A stretch of 64,000 bases of DNA, from contig MQRK01246274.1 of NCBI GenBank assembly GCA_001938485.1, forward strand, positions 1-64,000, in the 5' to 3' direction. Source of the DNA: Girardia tigrina (lineage: Eukaryota). Below, piece by piece: positions 39,445 to 53,102 of the stretch. Under the pieces are notes generated by a model. It ran no database searches. It worked only from the letters and a program-made list of their open reading frames with translations, and was not told the origin of the DNA. Every line of letters begins with the position of its first letter. The first letter of the stretch is position 1. The translations under genes and the position numbers were made by a program.

Positions 39445-40371
39445 AAATAAATGTTTATTTAATAAATGGCGTATTTTTACCTTTAAAAATAAGTTTCCAT
39501 CATTTTTTAATTTTTTGAATATTTCATTATATTAAAAATTTTTAAACACAAATATATTATAAAAACTCTTGAAAATTTTATAAACTTATAGAAATATCTT
39601 TTAATTAAAATATTTTAAATATCACTATTATTAAATAATTTTCTATTTAAAAATAGTTATATTAAAATTGATTTTAATTGTTACTTAAAAAATTAACAAT
39701 GAGAAGGTACAATATGTCCTGATTAAGGTCCATCCTTATTAATCAAGAAAAACACCCAAAATAACCAAAACAAATTCCCTTTTCGTCTTTGACCAAAGTA
39801 TCTAAATTCAAAACTTCTTGTAATTATAATTTTGAATAATTAAAATTTAAATATTTACAAAATGTTATTAATTTTAACATAATGCTTCTTTTTTGTTTCA
39901 ATGAATAATCAAATATTATTTGTTTTAATCATATTGTTTGCTATGATGATTTTTTTAGATTGTTTTCTTTCATCACATTAATGAAAAGAAAGATATAAAA
40001 TAGATAACGGCTTATATGTATATATTGTTTTATAATTTGCCTCGGGAAATTTTGAGAGTAAAAAAAATAATAAATTTTTATCTTTAAAAAAGTTTGAATA
40101 TTGCTAAAATAATAATAAAATAATGATAAAGGAGGGACATGGTTGAGAGAAACATGAGATAAAATGGGAAATGATTAACGAGACAGTCGGATTTGCTTCT
40201 TTCTGAAATATTATTTTTAATTAAGGATTAAATTGATGTGTTTTTGAAAAATATTTTATATCTTTTGCAGAATAATATATTTTTAACAATTTTATGCATA
40301 TTACATAATGATAATTATTGTTATTATAGTTATAATAATAATAATAATAATAATAATTATTATTATTATTA

Positions 40372-41215
40372 TCAGGTTGTCAAGTATGAAATTTTTAGGC
40401 ATGATTACAATAAATTCAAAGCGTTATAATTTGACAATGATTTAACGTTTGGTTTCTCAGATTTTTTATTCCTTGGCTATTGAACGCATCAAAAAATTTT
40501 AATTTAAATTATTGTTAACTTGTTTCAATAATTAGTATTTAAAAATGGAAAGGGCGGAAATTCGAACTATTATGAAGTACGAGTTCCTAGGTGGAACCTG
40601 AGAATCAGAAATCATGCAAAACACATGACTACGCAGCAGACAGTCTCAAATTGGTTCAGGAAATTCGTGATAAGTAATTTTAATCTCAAAAATGAATCTT
40701 GGGTCGCCAAGGAACGCAGGTAGGCAACGACGAACTGAAGATAATCGTGGAGTCGAATCCATCACTAAGTGCTCATTATTTATGTCCTAAATTTATTGTT
40801 ATGGAGCAAAAAATATTGAATCACTTGACTTAAATTGATAAAATAAAAAATTTTGATAAATGGATTTCACATGAGCTGAATGAAAAGCAGAAACAAAAGC
40901 ATTTAGAGGATTGTTTGATAATGCTTTCTCGAAATAAATGTGATTAATGTTTTAATAAAATCGTCGATTTTGATGAACATTTGATACAATATGATAATCG
41001 CAAACGTTGAGCAAGCAGAGTGGACACAAATGAAGCACCAAAAAATAGTCCAAAGCACAACATTCATCAAAAACAGCTGATAGTGAGTACTTGGTAGTCT
41101 GTCGCATGTGTAATCTATTATGACTTCACGAAACCTGGTTCGTCACAGCAGATGTCTACTGCAACCAGTTTTAAGAGATGATGCCGAAACTCCAAGATAA
41201 AAAGATGCGTTTGGT
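40372..41215 (+). mobile_element. Degenerate mariner (cecropia-like), 3'-truncated
   Basis: TIR ta|tcaggttgtcaagtatgaa; MERAEIRTIMKYEFLGG at 40545; DKWISHELNEKQKQK; many stops. Confidence 0.8.
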
Positions 41216-42826
41216 GTTGATTCTAATTTTCTATATCTACTATTTTTTTAAATTAAAATTCATATCCCTTAGGGATATTGATTATGTTTTTAATTGTCTA
41301 ATATAATAATAATAGTTTGAGCGGAAATTAATCGGTTTGACCGAACTTTTGCAGTTTTAAGGAAAATAAATAAATTGAATTAAATATATAATTAATAAAT
41401 TAACTTAAATAAGTAATTAAAAATTAAAATTAAAAACTTAAATAATACAATAAAATTTTGATGTTTTCCAAATTTTTATATTTTTAAGGAGAAATAGTAG
41501 AAAAGAATCCGAGTCATCCGATTATGTTACAAACATGGAAGTCAGTTATCTTCCTTGAGTTATCTCAAGTGGGATATATTTACCCCATGTCTCATTACAG
41601 AAAAATTCTAAAGACATTATTCTAAGTTCTTTAAATTGTTATTTATTAAAATTAGTTATTTAATTTTTTGTTTTTTGCTGTTGGATAAATAATTATTCCT
41701 GTGTGTCCCATTTTATTTCGTGTATATTTATTTCTGATTGTTTCATGATGATTTTTTGTTATGTGATATTAAAGAATGTGGATTAGGAGAATTATGTAAG
41801 ATTGGAAGTTTCATAGAATTTTAGTTTTTCCTCCTTTTGTTTCCCTATCGGAATTAATAACTGTAATTATATATAATTCTGTATGATTGTAATTATGTAT
41901 AACTGTATAATTATGTAATTCTGTGGTTTAAATTTAAAATAAAGTAATCAATGAAATATAATATGCTTACCGACAGAAATAATCTATACGAATTTTTTTC
42001 TTATAACCTGATTGCTGTAGTTTTGTTTTTTCGTGAATCATCAGATACTGTACAAAAGAAGAAAACAAGTCCTGTACTATCGCCATATTACGACACAATT
42101 TAATTCAATTACATAACAGAGAAATCCTGCTCAAATATTATCGAGATGAATCGTATAAAAATCAGCCTTAACATTAGACAATTGAATAGAATGGTGATCC
42201 TAGTAACCATTTCGCTCTCAGCATCGTTATTGCAGACAAGAAAGTAACATTATTAGCTATTTTTTGCAATTTCTGTAACCATTACACGGTTATTCGTTAT
42301 ATAATTATTTGTGTATTGTGTGATTTGACTAATTACATTCGTATTTACACTATAAGTTTCATTATATAATTTTTTGATCTATTTATTAGAGTTTTATTTT
42401 TGTTTAACCCTAGGTTCACGAAATTAAACGTTTTGGTTAACTTAGTATCTAATTTAGACGTTAAAATAACTGATCCTCGTCAGTTTAGTAAATCAGTTAT
42501 TTTATATTAATAAGTATTTATATGTGTTTTGCTAATAATGACAACAGTTATGTAATTTTGATCCCGTGTTTTCGACCCCTGGAAGTTTGGACAAACGGAT
42601 AAATTGAATACATTGTTTAACCCAAATTTTTAATATTCTAGTTATAATTACTTTTATAATAGTATTATTTACAATGCATTGTAAAAAAGACATTTAATTC
42701 TAAGTTATATTTTTTTGAAAATAATTAATATTTTACTGAAACAATACTTATATTATATTTTTATAAAAATAATGAATAAATATTGGTTTAAAATTATAGC
42801 ATTATTTATAATATTATTTTTATTTA

Positions 42827-42878
<52 letters not shown>

Positions 42879-44700
42879 NNNNNNNNNNNNNNNNNNNNNN
42901 NNNNNNNNNNNNNNNNNNNNNNNNNNNNATATATATATATATATATATATATAATTAATAAAAATATGATTATTTGAAAAACAGTTATTTAAATTGATTC
43001 GTATAAAATATATAAAATATAAAAATCATTAAATAGTTTAAAAAATAAAAATTATAAATTTAAAAAAATTAAAATAAAAAATTAACATAAAAAATCTGTC
43101 TCTCTTTCATATTAATTTTCAGTTAATATTTTTGACCAACAAATAAAAACAAATTTATGTTTTAATGGAATAATTAAATAAATATTTTCCGTTTTAAATT
43201 TTTGTTTTTATTTTTTTTCTTTAGTGAAATGAAATGAAAAATTCAATAAATTCCCATAAAAATCGATAAATTGATTTTTATTGTTTTTTCGTAATCTAAA
43301 ATTAAATAATTCCATAAATTTATTTTACGAAAAAAAGTTATTTATTTATTTATTTTTTTGGAACTGAAATTTTATTTTAATCAATGAATAATTAATTATG
43401 CATAGAATTTTTGTTTTAATTGAATAAATTGTTTTTTCAATAAATTTCACTGGGTTTTTTTTACCTATTTTAACTCAAAAAAAAGAAAAAAAGCACTTAA
43501 AAAATAGTTGTTGAAAATGTAGTTTCAGTTGTTTAAATTGTCGAAAAGATTTATTTGTTTGAATAATTCGAAATTTATAATATTTCTATAACTCTCCCCA
43601 CACCAGTTTTTACGTAGATTTTTCGAAACTTTTTTTATAATTTTTAAAATTTTATTAAAATTTTTGGGTGATTTTAGAACGGGCATATTATCCCATAATT
43701 CCAAATCAATTATATCTATCATTTCTTAAACAAGAATCTAATTTATTTACAGAAACATTGACTGATTGAAATAATTTGAGATGTCCATTTATATTCCTTG
43801 ACTCAAACTGGGAAATAAATTAAAAACCTCAGCCAAAAGATAAATATCAAATATCAATCATTCCCTTCTTTCATATGGTTATTTATACCGATTATTGAAG
43901 ACAAACAGTTGACTTTAATTTATTGTTTTAATGCCTCAATATTATCTTTTTCTTGTCAAAATAGGACTTCATACTGATAATTCTCCAATTTACTTACATG
44001 TTCTTTTCTTCCTCCTTTTGTCTCTTATCGGCATTTTTGTTGGATGTTGTTTGGAAGAGGATTTTGGAAAATGACGTTTGGCATTTGATCAGAAGAAAGA
44101 TTGCTAGAAGTGTTTCTTTACAAAATTAATCGACATTTATGAAAATTAATTTTAAATGGGTTATAAATTTTGACAGAACATCATTAATTAATGTTTTTCA
44201 GACGAAAATTTGACAAGGGAAAGAAGTATTAGACAATCCGAAAACAATTATTTAATCATTTTAATACTTTAGGAAGAGAGAGGAGAAAGAAAACGTCACA
44301 TTTTAATCCGATTGATGTCGAATGTTATTGCCAAATGATCGCAATTCGGAGATGGGTATCCAAAATTATAAGAACTCACATATTTGTTATTACTTTTATG
44401 AGACATACAATTAAGATCATCCTTTGGACAAACCGTAGTCGATCTTTCATTCGTAGACATTGTTCTTGATTCAAATTAAAAATATTTTTTTCTAAATCTT
44501 TTTCATTCGAACAAATATTTACGAGGATTTTAATTTAAATTTAATGATAAATATTTTCTTCAAGTTATTAAATTTGATGATGTAAATAATTATTAATCTT
44601 ACAACATTTAAAATTTTATCTTTACTTAAATATTGATAAAACGAAGTCCGGATGAAAGTTTTCTTTTAATAACCAAACTCGTCCATTAAAAAATATATTT

Positions 44701-44748
44701 TACGACAATATATTTCGACGGATCTACCGTCATCTTTAACTCACTAAT
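44701..44748 (-). ncRNA. Hammerhead copy in inverted pLTR, CUGA box mutated
   Basis: Minus strand reads tgag-TTAAAGA-tGACGGtagatCCGTC-GAAA-tata-TT-gtcgta. Confidence 0.6.
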
Positions 44749-45173
44749 TAATAATCAATTCACCTGCATATAAATACAAAAATGATGATTATGTAATCGA
44801 TTGCATGAAATAATGCTAATCAAAAATTCTCAATAAGCTGGTTGAGTGTGATGTGTGATGATGTCTATCAATAATTTTGATAGTTTAAATAAAAGTAAAT
44901 TTGCTACACAGAATAAGAAATTAAATAATTTAAGAAAATTATTTGGAGTTTTTAAATTTGATGTTAAAAATACTATTATTAATTTGAGTAATGTAAATTT
45001 ATTGGAAGAGAGTGTCGTGTGAAGCATTGTTAATTAGGTCACGTTGCCCTAAAATCAATGTTCAATCGGCAGTCTCAACAAGCTTATTGAGAATTTTATG
45101 ATTAACATGATTTCATGCAATCGATTACATAATCATCATTTTTGTATTTATATACAAGTGAATCGATTATTAA

Positions 45174-45220
45174 TTAGTGACCTGAAGATGACGGTAGATC
45201 TGTCGAAATATATTGTATTA
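45174..45220 (+). ncRNA. Minimal hammerhead ribozyme
   Basis: ttagtgac-CTGAAGA-tGACGG tagat CTGTC-GAAA-tata-TT-gtatta. Confidence 0.72.
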
Positions 45221-45794
45221 AAATATATCTACTTAAATAGTTAGTCAAATTTGTTGATCATAAACCATTGAAAAATATCAATCAACCTTCTGGTAGTAGA
45301 GACACAATACTAAAAATAACATCAAATTATATACAAAATACAACACATGTTATACCATTCAAAATATTCCTCGTGTATTCCTCTGGAAACAGTTTATTAA
45401 ATACCATTATATTCCCATAAAAAGAGTTTTAATTTCTTGCTGAATATTTAACAATATAAAAGTCAATATAAAAAAGAGTGTTTGTGGTCTATAAAACTTT
45501 GTTAATTTAATTACGTAAAAGTCACTTACGAAATCTTTTAAATCACAATTTAAATAATACTTGTTTACGATGAAAATGTTTTCAAAGAACATAAATGTTT
45601 TAAAAGAACTTAAAAGTAAATAAATAAGTTGAACCTGGAATAAAATACAATAAAATGAGGATAATTTTATTGAATTTCTATTTCTTCCATGAAAATGTTT
45701 TCAGAAACTTCTAAATTATACACCAATGAAAGGTAATTGATGTGCTCAAATGTTTAGTCGAATAAAAATAATTTTCCAATGTGACCTTTATAAC

Positions 45795-46160
45795 TGTGAG
45801 GGATAATTTGGAATGTTGTAAGTTTGTTGTTTGTATGCTGTTTAGATTTGTGACTCTCCTACTCAGATGGGATTGATATGTTTATTGATTGATTATTTGA
45901 ATCTAATGAAATTAATTTAATGATATTAATTTTTAAATACTAATTAATTAAAAGTTTTATAATTATAAATTATTAATAATATTTTTACTAAACGATTTTA
46001 ACTTATTAAATTTAATATATTTTAAAAATTACTTAAAATTTTATCCAATAAAATTTTGAGAAATTGAAAGTTAATATTAAACTTGTCCCATTAATTAATT
46101 TTTAGATTTGAAAAAAACAAAAAATATATCAATCAAAAAAAGATGCTCACTGATAATGGT
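45795..46160 (+). repeat. Repeat family X, copy c
   Basis: Same TGTGAGGGATAAT start as copy b and aligns with it up to just past the ATG. Confidence 0.88.
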
Positions 46161-47639
46161 TAAAAAAGAAATAAATCGTAATCGTGAAAACACAATTTAG
46201 AAAAGATCGAATCGAATAATTAAAACAGTAAATCACAAAAATATTGATTTACAAAAAAATAGAAAAAAATCATAACTCTGACAAAACTGATTAATTATTG
46301 AAATTATAATTTCGAATACTGTTGTTTCATCCACTCACTTTGATTGACTAGCCAATTGGAGCGAGTCGAACCACTCAATCAAACTTCCAATCGAGACACA
46401 AACACCAACGACTTTTTTTTCTAATACACTACAGGGTTTTTTTAAGAAAAATTCACTAGGGGCACAAGCAATCTGGAATGGTCATGGGCCGAAATAAAGC
46501 AACTTTTTTGTTACGGATGAAAATAGTTATTTTTCTTTGTTTTTCTAGTGGTCTTTACTATTCTAAACAGTTTGTTCATCAAGTGTTAAAGACGTTTTAA
46601 TCGGGGTAGTATAATATAAATCGCCTGTTGGGTTCTTGGTCAAGATTAGAATTCATGAACACAAAACATTATTTATATTACAAGAACAATTATTCAAACT
46701 TTGGCGAGTGCAATTTGCACCACCAACTTCCGTCGTTGGAACGGGAAGAAATAAGACACGACTGGAATATAAAATTTATTTATGTATAGAACGAATACAT
46801 GACCCGAATCGACACAATAATTGGCATAGATCCACGAGTCTCGTCTGGGCATAGTTGGGATGACGATTGACAGTCCGTTGAGCATATTGATTGCGATTCT
46901 GGTTGGTGTTCTTGTGGATTCGTGTGTTTTTGAGTTTTTCGCCAATTTTTGATTAGTAAAACAAAACATTATTATTTTTGTTTCTTCTGTTAATTTTTGA
47001 ATTTTAATTTAAATTGTTTTTTGTGTTTTTTTTGAACACCACACAAACAATTTTTCATGAGGAACTTTTCTTTAGTTTTCTTTTGACAAGATTAATCATA
47101 CATAAAAATACTGAATTATAAATACTGATAAGTTATTTATTAAAACGTTATTTTAAAAGTTGAATTTATTATTTTTTCATTTCTTTAATTTATAGATTAA
47201 CATTTTAATATTTTATAGAAATTTTTTAAAATACATTATAAAATCTACATAATTTACTGTTTTATTTTGTATCATTTTTAAAACACATTTTAGTTAAATT
47301 ACAACGATTTCTATTAATTTAAAATACATTGATGTTGTTAATTCAATATTATTTATTTAAAAACCATTTAACTTAAATATAATTTTAGATCTTTAAAATA
47401 TTTAAATGGTACACCTACTGTTAAAATAAAATTTCTAAATATTTTTTATTCTTCGTTAATTTTTAAAACATTCAATTATAATTATTTTTTAATACAAATT
47501 TCGGGTTACAGTTAACTGCAATAAAACATTATGATTTTTTATTTTACAACTTAATTTTATTTACAATGTTTGTTACTCAGAACTATTTATTTCCAAAAAA
47601 AGTCTTGTCCAATAAATTAAAAATTTTGTTTTGAATTAT

Positions 47640-48032
47640 GTGTTAATATTGTGCATGTTGTATGTTGAATCGTATTGTGCCTCTCCTGCACAGATGGATG
47701 ATTGATATTTTCTTTGATTCTTACTAATTATAAATAATTTAATTTAATTTTAAAGTAAAAGGATTTAAAATAATTTTTGAATGTATTATTTATTTTTTAA
47801 TGTAATTTAAAATTTTAATATATTAAATTACTATGTACTTTTTTTAAAATGTTTAGATTTAATTTGAACCAATTAGAATCTTTATAATTATTAATTTTTA
47901 TTATAATGTTTTCATTTATTAAAAATATATAGTATGAATTCAGAAATATATTGATCAAGAGAGATGTCAAATAGTGAATGCGTTTGTGATATTAATAAAT
48001 GTTGTAATACTCATATTGATGTTGTCAATACA
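47640..48032 (+). repeat. Divergent family X copy d
   Basis: attgtgcatgttGTATGT..ttgtgcctctcctgcacagatgg; ATG at 47964 giving MSNSECVCDINKCCNTHIDVVN. Confidence 0.7.
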
Positions 48033-49149
48033 ATTTTTATTATTAATCCGAAATATTTATTTTTAAAAAAGTTTTATATGTAATAAATTAAAAATTTAAT
48101 TACAATTTTAGTAATCCGAAATAGTTATTTTTTTTAAAAACTTATATAAATAAATGATTTTAACTTATTTAATTATAAATATGATATTACAAATTAATTA
48201 TTCAAAAATTTAAGTCACCAAAAAAACCCCTTACATCGCCTTTAACAATATGTACTTTTGAATTCTAATTATTTGGTTCAAGGTAGGAATAAAAAAATTT
48301 AAAATGTCTTTTTTAATGAACTATTGATAATTATATCAAACAAAACTTGTTACAAGGAAGGATAAAAAGAAGTATATATATCACGAATAAAAAGGAGAGT
48401 TAGAGTATGTAGATGTAATTAAACTAACGAAAAATTACTGTTTATCAACTTATGTATGACAGTAGATCAATAATGATTCACTTTCGAATGTTCACAAAGA
48501 TTCTTTACTTACTTTCGTCTTCTCTAATTTTGTCTTTTTGATTCAGTTATCAGCAGCTAGTGAATTGTGTTTAAAAAATGTTGTACGTTATTTTTGATGA
48601 GGTTTTCTTTGATTCTGTTTTTTTGTATTCAAAAAATTTTCTTGCAACAATTAACGGAATTACAATGCTTAATTTTTATTTTATGCCTTAATGGCAACAT
48701 CAATTTGCTCTTAAATTTAATTTTTAAATCAATATTTGATTATAATTATTATTTGCATAAATATAATATGATTTAAATAAAATATAATTTCGGACTTGAG
48801 CTTCTTTCCTTCTTTTCTATTATTGGTTTTTCTTGTTTTTTTTCCTTTTTTCAAATCCTGTGACTTGGATGAATAAAATTAAAAAATGAATATAAAAATA
48901 AAAAATTGGTACACAATACGTCAACTTAACATTTACATTGACTCACATCAAAAAAGGAAAATAAAATTATAAAGTATTAAGAAATAACGAAAACAAAAGG
49001 TGAAAAATAAAAAAAATGAAACACAAAAATAAATCGGAATTAATAAGAATGAAGGGTTCTACATCAAGTATTCTCAGATTTAGAAGAAGAAAATACACAA
49101 GTGATCCGTCCCATAACATTTTACTAACAGCCCAACCCGAGCTATATTA

Positions 49150-51420
49150 CCAAACATTTCAAAATCTGTTACTTTTATAAAAAAGAATTTACAACAAATT
49201 CTCCTTCTGAATAAATACTAAGGATTTGTTTCCTTTTTCGTCTTTCTTTCACCCATTAGAACTCTGCCCCAACACTGCAAGGATCAAATTTGTCATTTAT
49301 TGCGATCATAATGCAAAAGTAGGCTGTCTCAGTTGAGTTGTTCATGCGATGGACTGAAACGATCAAGTTGTATAATGAAAAAAGCCTCTCTGGAAGCTTA
49401 TTGTGAGGAGTTATTGTTACCGATTACAAACTTACTTTCAAAAGTACGCCACTGCAGCGCTGAAGAAAAGTTTTCAACGTCCATGAGGGTGAAACATTTT
49501 TAGACTTTCAATTATTGGATATTGCTTACCAGAGTTATCAGCAAATCGCTGGATTTCTACTGGAAACAAACATTGTGTTAGTTTTACTCCTGCCAGTTTT
49601 TCAGTTCTGCTGTTTATAAAACAGCTAACATGTCATGGACTAGTTCTTCTTGATTCCCATCAAATCACTTAACCAATTCTGTGTCAATTGTACACTTTTG
49701 AGGTGTACCGCATCATGATTTCTTGTGGTTAACAAATTTATGTTAACAGCTATTAATGTGAAGACTCTGTTTCCTGTAGGCTATAGTTTCTCTTCCTCTC
49801 AACCAGAATAGATGGCCCTGGATAAAAGGTCTAATTTACGAAGTGCCCTGTTGCTTATTACCTCTGGTATAATCAGGTAGTCAAGCTGTACCTGTTTTTG
49901 CAAATAATGAAATATTTTCAAAAAATAAACCATGAAACCGGTAAGCCAAACTCGCAGCAATTCATTTACCAATTTCTTCAAATATCCCCGTGCTGTTGCT
50001 CTCTCTGTTTTCGATTTGTCTTCCACTTCTAGAAACTTCCAAACATTCTTACAGCCATAAAGATTATGAAGAATACACGTTAAAAGATTAACTATGTGCA
50101 CTGTAAATCGAACTTTTATAATGAGTAGGGAAATGTTTTGCTATCAGCTAAAATTGATGTTGGAGTTTCGTTGTCCTTTTAGACGTTCTGTAGATGATAG
50201 CTAAAATATTTGGCATTTGTAATCCAGATACACTTTTAAAAGTTAGATGACTTCTTTGAACAACACACCAGAACGTAAATCGATCACGTTGCAAGAATTT
50301 CTTCATAAGCTCCAATTGTATTAGAGCTTTCATCATCTGTTGAAACACCAATTAGATTGGATGTTAGTGCGACCATGGTATAAGGGCATTTTGAGTGGCT
50401 TCCAGTAGTGCAAGTGTTTCAATCTGTTGAGGTTCGTTAAAGGCTTTAAAGACGTTCTTTATTTCATACTCTTTTGTTACTATTTCGCAGAGACGTACTT
50501 GTAATCCACCATTTGCTGATTGACGCTGCTACCAACTTGTAGTGCGTAAGCAACACAATCCTGTAGCTCACAAGTTAGTTTCTTCTGAACTTCTTCAGCA
50601 ACAATGAGTATAATTTCTTGATAGCAATTTGGGTCTCTGTAATGCAATGTTGATGAGGGAGGTTGAAATTTCTCCAATAGATAAATCATTCTGTTCTCGC
50701 GAATGGTGTTAATAATTTGAGGCTTATGTACCTGAGCTAGAGACCTGATGGCCAGCTTTTGGCCGAAAGAGTACGTATCAGATTATAGTTATAAACGTCC
50801 ACGGTGAGTATGATAAGAAACTCCACAACTTCCGCATGGTACTTTTGCAAACATTTCAGCCAAGAGTGAGGAGAGTACTGGATTTTTCACAACAATCATA
50901 AATCTTCATGTCGCACTGCTTCCTTATGGGAGATTGAGTCAAGGTGTCAATGACAGCCTTCACTTTTACAGTTTTATTTGCACAGCAGCAAAAGGCTAAG
51001 TAAACAATGTCATTGCGAGCAAACTTACAAGCTACACTCTCAAATTTTTCAAACGTTCTACATTTCACATTTTGTCTTCTACGCTGCCTTTCTGCTGGTG
51101 CAAACATATATGCTTCCAAGGAGTCATTACTATTTTCAACTTACCATTTTACATTCACTTTTCTGCTCTTGTACCATTCCATAGTATCGTGAGAAGTATT
51201 GATAATGGATTCTTCTGTTGCGAAGGAGCCAAGGCTTGCATTTCTGGTTGAGTCTTTTGTTGGAACAACGAAGGTAAAATCTTTTGTTGTTGCAAAAACA
51301 TCAGGTTATGATCACGAAAAATCGAAAGGTAGTTTTGAATATCTGTTCGAATTTTTGATTATTTCTAAGTTGCCCCACAGTCAATATGTTCAAAAAGGCA
51401 CTGATTCACTGTGACATGTA
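49150..51420 (-). mobile_element. Degenerate hAT-like transposase (ZNF862-like)
   Basis: Fragmented ORFs with YALQV(G)SSV, FWCVVQRSHL and a C-terminal ER(G)FS-like motif (~49390); many stops and frameshifts. Confidence 0.55.
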
Positions 51421-52429
51421 CATTCTGGCAATCGACTCGATTAAATTGAAATTGACTCGATGAGTAATTATTTTAAAAAAAAGCGAAGGTCTTTGTTTTT
51501 TTAAATGAAAAAAAAATTAAATTGAAATTATTTTTTAATGTTATTTTTAACACTTTTTGATTTTAATTTTAATTTCCTTTTATTTATTTCCTTATTATCT
51601 TATTAAAATATTTTTAGGTTTAAGCAAAAGCAAAAAGAACAGCAGAATAAAAGAAATACCATCGATTGTCACTTCGAAGTACAAAAAAAGGTTCAAATAC
51701 CTCTTCCTCGCTTAGAACTTTTTTCCATTGCCCTCAGTGAAGAAGCTTAATCTGTCCATAAAGGTCATTTTTTATTTATTAAAATATCTACTTTTATATT
51801 TCTTTTAATGAATAATATTTTAATTTTACTTCACCAAATTAACTTGGTTATAGAAAGAAATGTACTTAAAACTTTGTTTCATTTGTCAAAACAGTTTTTA
51901 TTGTGAAAGATCATCATTGTGGAAATAAATTTTTGTTTGAATGAGACTGATGAATTTAAGTGATTTTAAACAAGCCAAATTCTACTTGAAGATTCAATTC
52001 GTTTGCTAAAATTTCCTATGTGAAATAAAACTATTGCAACAATTATTTTAATATAAGATTTCGATTTTCTATAATAAATGTGTTAAAATTGTTTTAACTC
52101 TCTAAAAGATGTTTTTGGCTTTGATTCTCATGAAATAGTTCGCTATTCTGCAATAATTTTTAGAAATATTTTGATAAAACGTCGAAAATAAATAACATAA
52201 GCACTGTTCGAAGAATGTTTTCCCTCTTTAGTACTAGAACCATCATGAAGAATAATCAGACCTTTTAGATATTTTTAGAGGTTCGTATTTTATTTATCTG
52301 TATTTCTTTTTTCTAGTTTCATCTAAAATAAAAAAGAAGAGGCTTATAGATTGCATTCTAATCTGGTGTATAATTTTAATTATCATTGGCGTAAAAACTC
52401 GTACTTCGGAAAAAGAGACTTGATATATT

Positions 52430-52950
52430 GGTAATCTGTGTGAGCCAGCCGGGCAAACTTCCATGTATTATCCCTTGGAAACTAAATGGGTTTGAGTCCG
52501 TATCTCTGGGAAAGTGTCAGAAAGCTAGCCGAAATATTTGTTCTGAAATGCTGGCAGTAATTTCGTAATTCAAAGCAAGCTACTATTTAGGATGTGAAGG
52601 TCGCTGGGATGACCGGGAGTACTCTTTAGGACAGCTATGAAGAATGGTAAATTCAATCGTTTAAGTTGAGTAATGTTGCAATGAAACCTGTTTTCAGGCA
52701 GACCAATTTATGAGGATATCCGTTGAGTTCAGTCTTACGGATAGATCTATATGAATGCAATATCAGCGTCCAAAGATCATTCATTAAAAAGCCTCTGACT
52801 TAATACACAATAGGATGCAAGGATAGGACATTAGAGTCTAATTTTGTCTAATTTTTCTTTCTTATAATGGTCTGACCTACTCATAAATAATTTTCTGATT
52901 CCATTCGGGTATTGTGTAATATGTACTGATGTTAGGTTCATGATAATTCG
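52430..52950 (-). mobile_element. Possible degenerate CR1/L2-type LINE 3' fragment
   Basis: Weak remnants EEKLDKIRL and NGYPHKL (compare YEERL..L and RGHPxKL). Confidence 0.3.
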
Positions 52951-53060
52951 TATTAGAAAGATCAGAAATTGACATTTTGAAAACTTTTATTAAATACAAC
53001 AAAATAACATTTTCAAACAGGTTTTTTGAATAAATTTCCGAGGAACACTTTTTAAAAAGA

Positions 53061-53102
<42 letters not shown>

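Larger units (their letters stand above)
37890..39505 (+). mobile_element. Penelope-like retroelement, 5'-truncated
   Basis: RT and GIY-YIG in one frame, followed by a pLTR with a hammerhead. Confidence 0.95.
44680..45230 (+). mobile_element. Short PLE 3' fragment with an inverted pLTR copy
   Basis: RVSCEALLIRSRCPKINVQ remnant (~45010-45100); 44692-44846 is the reverse complement of 45074-45228. Confidence 0.85.

Noticed and set aside
43990-44120. Minus-strand exon-like or piggyBac C-terminal-like stretch (RHFPK..PTK) ending in GTAAGT
   Set aside because: Too short and broken to assign; no partner exons were found.
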